Source of the DNA: Balanoglossus misakiensis
Taxonomy: Eukaryota; Animalia; Hemichordata
Length of the DNA stretch: 64,000 nt
Reading direction: 5' to 3'
Assembly: GCA_040954595.2 (NCBI GenBank)
Contig: CM082598.2
Location: 9,129,097-9,193,096 of the forward strand
The notes below the pieces were generated by a model. The model did no database searches and was not told where the DNA came from. It was given only the letters and a program-made list of their open reading frames with translations. Of the stretch, positions 41,488-48,800 are shown in pieces (position 1 is the stretch's first letter; each line of letters opens with the position of its first letter). Position numbers and translations under genes: made by a program.

Positions 41488-43710
41488 TTATACATCCCAA
41501 TCGAATTTGACTGCCAAGAGGTCACACCGCAACTCATAATCTATATAACCCTGAGTAGAGGGGGCTTGAATAATACCTATTTCCCCTCGACTACCCAACT
41601 TTATAACCGCAGCTGCTAATTGATTAATAACGGGCCAATACGAAGCCAGAAAACGACCTCTCGGTACAATCACTGTGGCATGTAATCTCTGACTAATGAC
41701 ATGTTTAAGTGTCGCAGCCACTAAGAAAAATGGTGGATACACATAAATGGTATCCTTGTCTGAGAAAACATGCCGGAAAAAATTAACACCCTCACATCCT
41801 ATCTGAGGAAACTGTGACACATATCGAGATAACTTCTTATTAGAAACATCAGCCATGCCATCTATATGATGAGGACCAAAATTTTCCTCCAGGAATTGCC
41901 ATACCACAGCGGTCAAAGTAGCATTTGACAATGATGTAGATCGAGAAGGTAGATCGGCATCATTAGCCTTAGAAGGTATATATGTAAGGGTAAGTCGAAC
42001 ATTGTGCTGAAAGCAGAAGTCAAAGATACGCTTCAAAATTTCATTCAAATCAACATCTTTTGCTCCCGGAATTCCCCCATTCCATGCCTGTACTATAGGA
42101 AGTGCATCGATATATGCATCAACTCGAGTATTACGAATTTGCTCTTGAAAACCAACCAATGCTCTACACAAAGCTTCTGCTTCCTTCTTTATAATGGGAA
42201 AATCTTTCCACTTACTATCCCACATATCTCCTATAACCACCTTGTTATTAGCTACGTACATAACCGCACCCCATTTGTACTGACTTGCGTCAGAAAATAC
42301 CCTTACCCCTACATGACTTTCGGTTGGCCAAATAAATTTACCCGCCGAATCTAAGATGGATTTCCACTGTACAATCTCAGATTTCAAGCGTCCCCTTATA
42401 GGTATCAAAGCTCTACTCGATATCTGAGCTTTCCCACAAGCATTGGCCATTTGTCGAACATATAACCGAGCGCATGGTAATGCTAACGTAAATGAAATGC
42501 ATTTCCCCATTAATTTCTGCATTGTCAAAAGTGGAACTGCCCTCTGTGACAGAACATCCTCCAGCAAATTTAAAAACTTCGTTTTTTTATCATCCGGGAT
42601 AGAAAAGGATCTATTCACCGAATCGACTGAAAAACCTAACATTATCAAAGATGTCACAGGATATAACACACTTTTCTCCAAAGAGAGAAAATATCCTGCA
42701 TCAATAGCGATTTTACACAATATATAAGCTGCCGCCTGTGCACATTGCAAACTATCCCAAGAAGAACTTGCATCAGCTGGCAACTTTAATCCACCCCCAT
42801 GCCTATCATCGATATATTGAATGCAAGGTACTCCCAATAATCTAGCATAACTAGTAACACAATATCCCAAAGTGTGATATACATATGCCGATAACTTCCA
42901 ACCAAAAGGTAATGAATTATTCACATACCACACCCCCGCCCATTGAAATCCTACATACATTCTATCAGTATGTCGTATTAAAACGTGGTCGTACCCACTC
43001 TTATCATCACACTTAAACTGAAAATCGCCTTCAGCCAAGTATCTAGTGACTTCAAAAAGCTTATCTAAGTGGAACGGACGAGGTTCCGTCCATAGATTAA
43101 GAAAGCGCATGTCAATACACATACGCGGTTTAGACGGTTCAACCGAAATCGGCATAACCAAATAAGGAGGTTGGTGGCGACCAACCAACCCCCAAACTGA
43201 TACTGCTCCAGCTTTAACACGTTCAGCGATAGTCTGAGCGATAAACCGACCATGCTGACGACAATTCGGATGATTCTGAAACACCCTAGGGGGTGGAATA
43301 TCATGATCATACTGTTGCCCTTTAAACTCCCCCTTGAAATGGGTAAAATATTGTGAAATACTAACACGATTCCTTATCCAGTCCATAATGTCATTCTTGT
43401 TATGTATATGGTCTGTAATCATGTCCCAATAATCACCATGTTCATGTATCTGCCCGGCCATGAAATCTTCCGTATTCCGAAATACCAAGTCATCAGGAGT
43501 TGCAAACTCTACTCCGCGTGCTATCATAGCTATCGAAGGCGAGGTATGGTGAGGACCCTGACGAGGGGCGCCCCCAAGCGTTCTCCACGAATATTGGGTT
43601 CTCGGGACAGCATGCATATCCACCATAAAGTCATTTTCCCATACTGGTGGCTGAAACCAACAGCAAACAAAAGAGGATTCCATCAACAAAACGGTGATAT
43701 CAACCGTCAT
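41488..43710 (-). CDS. Pol: reverse transcriptase + RNase H + C-terminal DNA N6-adenine methyltransferase-like domain
   Basis: 740-aa uninterrupted ORF. RT motifs: KPRMCIDMRFLN, DDKSGYDH, LPFGW, YIDD (about 42805-42816). RNase H motifs: FSDAS, KEAEAL, YIDA, NDADLPSR. MT-like tail: GPHHIDGMA..SNKKL...YVYPPF...VIVP. The true 5' boundary may be the splice acceptor at 43650. Confidence 0.95.
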   Translation of the reverse strand: MTVDITVLLMESSFVCCWFQPPVWENDFMVDMHAVPRTQYSWRTLGGAPRQGPHHTSPSIAMIARGVEFATPDDLVFRNTEDFMAGQIHEHGDYWDMITDHIHNKNDIMDWIRNRVSISQYFTHFKGEFKGQQYDHDIPPPRVFQNHPNCRQHGRFIAQTIAERVKAGAVSVWGLVGRHQPPYLVMPISVEPSKPRMCIDMRFLNLWTEPRPFHLDKLFEVTRYLAEGDFQFKCDDKSGYDHVLIRHTDRMYVGFQWAGVWYVNNSLPFGWKLSAYVYHTLGYCVTSYARLLGVPCIQYIDDRHGGGLKLPADASSSWDSLQCAQAAAYILCKIAIDAGYFLSLEKSVLYPVTSLIMLGFSVDSVNRSFSIPDDKKTKFLNLLEDVLSQRAVPLLTMQKLMGKCISFTLALPCARLYVRQMANACGKAQISSRALIPIRGRLKSEIVQWKSILDSAGKFIWPTESHVGVRVFSDASQYKWGAVMYVANNKVVIGDMWDSKWKDFPIIKKEAEALCRALVGFQEQIRNTRVDAYIDALPIVQAWNGGIPGAKDVDLNEILKRIFDFCFQHNVRLTLTYIPSKANDADLPSRSTSLSNATLTAVVWQFLEENFGPHHIDGMADVSNKKLSRYVSQFPQIGCEGVNFFRHVFSDKDTIYVYPPFFLVAATLKHVISQRLHATVIVPRGRFLASYWPVINQLAAAVIKLGSRGEIGIIQAPSTQGYIDYELRCDLLAVKFDWDV

Positions 43711-43916
43711 GAAATGTGGGGGCGCCCCTCGACAGGATCCTACAAATGGCAGGTTGCAAAAGCAAAGAGCCTAGTTAAGGCCCCTCCCATCGAGAGGTAA
43801 CCTAAACCACATTATATATATGCATACGTACATGCAAATCTTCAAACATGGGACATGTACTTATCATTCGTCAACACAAATAAACAAATATGCAGCATAC
43901 AATAAAGACGGGTGTA

Positions 43917-43922
43917 TTTATT
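43917..43922 (-). terminator. Candidate poly(A) signal after gag
   Basis: ATGAAATAAATA about 55 nt past the gag stop, followed by a GT/T-rich tract (TTTGTTTATTTGTGTTG). Confidence 0.5.
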
Positions 43923-43975
43923 TCATTATGTATCCCAAAATAACGTCATTACAGTCACTGAATTACAAGACAAAT

Positions 43976-44446
43976 TCACGTTTCCTGATCTGGCTTCATT
44001 CGACAATTGCGGGCAAAATGACCAGGCTGGCCACATCTAAAACATCGGAAATCTTTCCCATACGATTGCCTTCTCCTTCCTCGGCCATACGGACGAAAAC
44101 GATCGTTGGAAGGCCTGTGTTTTAAGAATTTTGAAACTTTCGACGCAATCTCTTCTTCCTCTTTGTTACCCAGTAACAGAATGATCAAGCGTCCAGCGTC
44201 CTCTCCAAAATCATTCGCTTCAAACTGCGACAATACAGCTCGAAATCTCTGCAGCTTAGGATGCGACACCAAAGTAGCTCTATCCACCAACGTACGTAGA
44301 GCACTCAACACCTGTGGTCTTGATGAGAAGGCTGGGGTATGCGCGAATTCCATCACTTTATGCAAGGCTTCATCTACAGATGCTACACCCGCTGTTTCTT
44401 CGATTTTGTCAACTTTCTTCATTAGCAGTGTCAACTTCTCATTAAC
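43976..44446 (-). CDS. Gag-like protein with C-terminal CCHC zinc knuckle (predicted exon 2)
   Basis: CFRCGQPGHFARNC matches CX2CX4HX4C and follows a basic RPYGRGRRR tract. It sits upstream of pol. The track start at 44464 is a TTG just upstream of a TTTCAG acceptor (44447). Confidence 0.85.
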   Translation of the reverse strand, partial: VNEKLTLLMKKVDKIEETAGVASVDEALHKVMEFAHTPAFSSRPQVLSALRTLVDRATLVSHPKLQRFRAVLSQFEANDFGEDAGRLIILLLGNKEEEEIASKVSKFLKHRPSNDRFRPYGRGRRRQSYGKDFRCFRCGQPGHFARNCRMKPDQET

Positions 44447-45491
44447 CTGAAACAATTCAGGCAAATATATCAGTCAACGTCACATCCTGATATCATCTAA
44501 CAGTGTTACTTTACAATATCCCATGCGTAAGACAATTCCACTACCAGACACCATTTCGGCTACATTCGAAGTCACACCCAATATCATGACCGTATTCCAC
44601 AAAACAACATGCATGATACTATGAGCATACAGAACAATAGAAAGAACTTATGCAAATTCACAGGAGCACTCCACAACCATATGGTATCTTTTGAATGCAC
44701 GCCCCACCTGGCATGCCTTAAACAATGTCCATTGTATGCGTGGCTCTAAAATAACTGTTACCCATTCATATGCAAATCTACCTAATTACGCACTCCTTGC
44801 ACACATTCCGTCATTCCAACCGTTGTACAGAATATCAAACATTGCATGGAACTTCAGTCGAATGCTTTTTTTTTTTTAACACACTCTACGATGCTCCCCG
44901 CATATTCCTTTATTGCTCTCCACTACATGAACAATGTTCATGCAGCTCCGCCCAGTGCTCACAGAACACCTATTGTGCCACCACAGTAACATATTCGTGC
45001 AACTCCACCTGGTGCTCCCAGAGCGCCTACTATTGCACCATCCATAATAACATATTCGTGCAACTCCACCTGGTGCTCCCAGAGCGCCTACTATTGCACC
45101 ATCCATAATAACATATTTGTGCAACTCCACCTGGTGCTCCCAGAGCGCCTACTATTGCACCATCCATAATAACATATTCGTGCAACTCCACCTGGTGCTC
45201 CCAGAGCGCCTACTATTGCACCATCCATAATAACATATTCGTGCAACTCCACCTGGTGCTCCCAGAGCGCCTACTATTGCACCATCCATAATAACATATT
45301 CGTGCAACTCCACCTGGTGCTCCCAGAGCGCCTACTATTGCACAATAGTGTTAACAGTACACCCAATAAATATAACAACATAATCGAACTAAACCGACCA
45401 AAATATGGCCGATGAAACATGTATGTACAAAACCTAGCCAAAGACCGAAGGACATTTACATTCCGCTAATGAGCCAAAAACTGATAATTAC
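44447..45491 (-). other. Predicted GT-AG spliceosomal intron (1045 bp) in gag
   Basis: Donor CAG|GTAATT, branch-like GACTGAT about 25-30 nt before acceptor TTGTTTCAG|GTT. Removal joins ...SQQQ to VNEKL... in frame. The interval has no convincing ORF and holds a minisatellite and a T12 run. Confidence 0.65.
44987..45343. repeat. 61-bp minisatellite, about 5.9 near-identical copies, plus degenerate copies upstream (about 44880-44986)
   Basis: Unit TAACATATTCGTGCAACTCCACCTGGTGCTCCCAGAGCGCCTACTATTGCACCATCCATAA starts at 44987, 45048, 45109, 45170, 45231 and 45292. One C>T at 45118. Confidence 0.97.
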
Positions 45492-45728
45492 CTGCTGCTG
45501 CGATAAACGCTGATCTTGGCCATCCCTATTATTATGCTGAGCGGGCGTATCGCCTGCCACCACCTGAGCCTGAGAAGCTGCGCCTTCCGGGACTTGCACC
45601 GAAACACGTGTAGAGCTGCCTTGACTAGCTGAAGGCCCTGCTACATGAGCCTGTGTAAAAGTGGCCGTGGTAGCCGATAAAGGCAAGCTTGTGGTAGCCG
45701 GAGTATTACTGCGTCCGTCAGTCATCAT
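45492..45728 (-). CDS. Predicted leader coding exon (79 aa, S/T/A/Q-rich low-complexity N-terminus; alternative ATG at 45770)
   Basis: Part of ORF 45456-45791 (MMTDGRSNTPATTS...RLSQQQ). It is GC-richer than the flanks and ends at CAG|GTAATT, a phase-0 donor in frame with the gag, pol and YR acceptors. Confidence 0.6.
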
Positions 45729-45742
45729 CACTTCTAAGTCTG

Positions 45743-45849
45743 GAAGCAAGGGATTGGCCACAAGTAGCATTCTCTTCTTACTTATATACACTGGTCTTAT
45801 GAATATTCATGGCGTAATAATCTCGCTATGTGATAAGGCTTTGAATAAT
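45743..45849 (-). repeat. Split direct repeat A1 (5' terminal copy, 107 bp)
   Basis: GAAGCAAGGGATTGGCC...GATAAGGCTTTGAATAAT is identical to 39592-39698. The match extends about 8 bp further (45735/39584) with one mismatch. Confidence 0.95.
45782..45788 (-). promoter_or_regulatory. Candidate TATA box in repeat A1
   Basis: TATATAA on the minus strand, about 60 bp inside the 5' end and about 55 bp upstream of ATG 45728. The palindrome ATGAATATTCAT (45799-45810) lies just upstream. Motif evidence only. Confidence 0.4.
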
Positions 45850-48800
45850 GTCAGAGAATTTGTTGCCGCCATTCTTGGGAGGGGAGAAATGATGGCTGAT
45901 AATTTGTTGCCGCCATTCTTGGGCGGGGACAAATGATGGCAGAGAATTTGTTTCCGCCATTCTTTGGAGGGGAGAAATGATGGCAGAGAATATATTGCCG
46001 CCATCCTTGGGAGGGGAGAAATAACGGCTGAGTGTTTGTTGCCGCCATTCTTGGGAGGGGAGAAATGATGGCTGAGAATTTGTTGCCGCCATTCTTGGGA
46101 GGGGAGAAATGATGGCTGAGAATTTGTTGCCGCCATTCTTGGGAGGGGAGAAATAACGGCTGAGAGTTTGTTGCCGCCATTATTGGGAGGGGAGAAATGA
46201 TGGCAGAGAATTTGTTGCCGCCATTCTTGGGAGGGAAGAAATGATGGCTGAGAATTTGTTGCCGCCATTCTTTGGAGGGGAGAAATGATGGCAGAGAATT
46301 TATTGCCGCCTTCCTTGGGAGGGGAGAAATGATGGCTGAGAATATATTGCCGCCATCCTTGGGAGGGGAAAAATAACGGCGGAGAGTTTGTTGCCGCCAT
46401 TCTTGGGAGGGGAGAAATGATGGCAGAGAATTTATTGCCGCCATCCTTGGGAGCGGAGAAATAACGGCTGAGAGTTTGTTGCCGCCATTCTTTGTAGTGG
46501 AGAAACGATGGCAGAGAGTTTGTTGCCGCCATTCAGCATTCTTTGTAGTGGAGAAACGATGGCAGAGAGTTTGTTGCCGCCATTCTTGGGAGGGGAGAAA
46601 TGATGGCTGAGAATTTTTTGCCGCCATTCTTGGGAGGGGAGAAATAACGGCGGAGAGTTTGTTGCCGCCATTCTTGGGAGGGGAGAAATGATGGCAGAGA
46701 ATTTATTGCCGCCATCCTTGGGAGGGGAGAAATAACGGCTGAGAGTTTGTTGCCGCCATTCTTTGTAGTGGAGAAACGATGGCAGAGAGTTTGTTGCTGC
46801 CATTCTTGGGAGGGGAGAAATGATGGCTGAGAATTTTTTGCCGCCATTCTTGGGAGGGGAAAAATAACGGCGGAGAGTTTGTTGCCGCCATTCTTGGGAG
46901 GGGAGAAAGGATGGCAGAGAATTTATTGCCGCCATCCTTGGGAGCGGAGAAATAACGGCTGAGAGTTTGTTGCCGCCATTCTTTGTAGTGGAGAAACGAT
47001 GGCAGAGAGTTTGTTGCCGCCATTCTTTGTAGTGGAGAAACGATGGCAGAGAGTTTGTTGCCGCCATCCTTGGGAGGGGAGAAATAACGGTTGAGAGTTT
47101 GTTGCCGCCATTCTTTGTAGTGGAGAAACGATGGCAGAGAGTTTGTTGCCGCCATTCTTGGGAGGGGAGAAATGATGGCTGAGAATTTGTTGCCGCCATT
47201 CTTGGGAGGGGAGAAATGATGGCAGACAATTTGTTGCCGCCATTCTTGGGAGGGGAGAAATAACGGCTGAGAGTTTGTTGCCGCCATTATTGGGAGGGGA
47301 GAAATGATCGCAGAGAATTTGTTGCCGCCATTCTTGGGAGGGGAGAAATGATGGCTGAGAATTTGTTGCCGCAATTCTTTGGAGGGGAGAAATGATTGCA
47401 GAGAATTTATTGCCGCCTTCCTTGGGAGGGGAGAAATAACGGCTGAGAGTTTGTTGCCGCCATTCTTTGTAGTGGAGAAACGATGGCAGAGAGTTTGTTG
47501 CCGCCATTCTTGGGAGGGGAGAAATGATGGCTGAGAATTTGTTGCCGCCATTCTTTGTAGTGGAGAAACGATGGCAGAGAGTTTGTTGCCCCCATTCTTG
47601 GGAGGGGAGAAATGATGGCTGAGAATTTTTTGCCGCCATTCTTGGGAGGGGAAAATAACGGCGGAGAGTTTGTTGCCGCCATTCTTGGGAGGGGAGAAAT
47701 GATGGCAGAGAATTTATTGCCGCCATCCTTGGGAGGGGAGAAATAACGGCTGAGAGTTTGTTGCCGCCATTCTTTGTAGTGGAGAAACGATGGCTGAGAA
47801 TTTGTTGCCGCCATTCTTGGGAGGGGAGAAATGATGGCTGAGAATTTGTTGCCGCCATTCTTGGGAGGGGATAAATGATGGCAGAGAGTTTGTTGCCGCC
47901 ATTCTTTGTAGTGGAGAAACGATGGCAGAGAGTTTGTTGCCGCCATTCTTGGGAGGGGAGAAAGGATGGCAGAGAATTTATTGCCGCCATCCTTGGGAGC
48001 GGAGAAATAACGGCTGAGAGTTTGTTGCCGCCATTCTTTGTAGTGGAGAAACGATGGCAGAGAGTTTGTTGCCGCCATTCTTTGTAGTGGAGAAACGATG
48101 GCAGAGAGTTTGTTGCCGCCATCCTTGGGAGGGGAGAAAGGATGGCAGAGAATTTATTGCCGCCATCCTTGGGAGCGGAGAAATAACGGCTGAGAGTTTG
48201 TTGCCGCCATTCTTTGTAGTGGAGAAACGATGGCAGAGAGTTTGTTGCCGCCATTCTTTGTAGTGGAGAAACGATGGCAGAGAGTTTGTTGCCGCCATCC
48301 TTGGGAGGGGAGAAATAACGGTTGAGAGTTTGTTGCCGCCATTCTTTGTAGTGGAGAAACGATGGCAGAGAGTTTGTTGCCGCCATTCTTGGGAGGGGAG
48401 AAATGATGGCTGAGAATTTGTTGCCGCCATTCTTGGGAGGGGAGAAATGATGGCAGACAATTTGTTGCCGCCATTCTTGGGAGGGGAGAAATAACGGCTG
48501 AGAGTTTGTTGCCGCCATTATTGGGAGGGGAGAAATGATCGCAGAGAATTTGTTGCCGCCATTCTTGGGAGGGGAGAAATGATGGCTGAGAATTTGTTGC
48601 CGCAATTCTTTGGAGGGGAGAAATGATTGCAGAGAATTTATTGCCGCCTTCCTTGGGAGGGGAGAAATAACGGCTGAGAGTTTGTTGCCGCCATTCTTTG
48701 TAGTGGAGAAACGATGGCAGAGAGTTTGTTGCCGCCATTCTTGGGAGGGGAGAAATGATGGCTGAGAATTTGTTGCCGCCATTCTTTGTAGTGGAGAAAC

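Larger units (their letters stand above)
39377..45849 (-). mobile_element. Full-length tyrosine-recombinase retrotransposon (DIRS order, PAT-like, split direct repeats), 6473 bp
   Basis: Unique sequence bounded by satellite. Minus-strand order is gag-like CCHC ORF, RT-RNaseH-MT ORF, YR ORF. Repeats are arranged A1...B1-A2-spacer-B2 and there is no TSD. Split direct repeats plus a methyltransferase-like domain fit PAT-like better than Ngaro (no MT domain) or DIRS1 (ITR/ICR). Ends are ambiguous by 2 bp (shared AT). Confidence 0.95.

Noticed and set aside
43739-43980. Gag-pol fusion via donor AC|GTGAAT at the gag stop to acceptors at 43801 or about 43739
   Set aside because: The phases are incompatible or run into an in-frame stop before pol.
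42004-44450. Plus-strand ORFs (42004-42354, 42443-42727, 43402-43800, 43820-44125, 44106-44450) and small nested ORFs
   Set aside because: They are antisense or alternative-frame shadows of pol and gag with no recognisable motifs.
44987-45343. 61-bp array as a CRISPR array, or ORFs 44770-45108 and 44876-45130 as genes
   Set aside because: The units are identical with no spacers. The ORFs are short by-products of the repeat within a predicted intron.
39377-45849. Classification as LTR retrotransposon, Ngaro, DIRS1-type or prophage integrase
   Set aside because: No LTR pair, DDE integrase, protease or TSD is present. Split direct repeats rather than ITR/ICR argue against DIRS1-type, and the MT-like domain argues against Ngaro. 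An RT phylogeny would be decisive.
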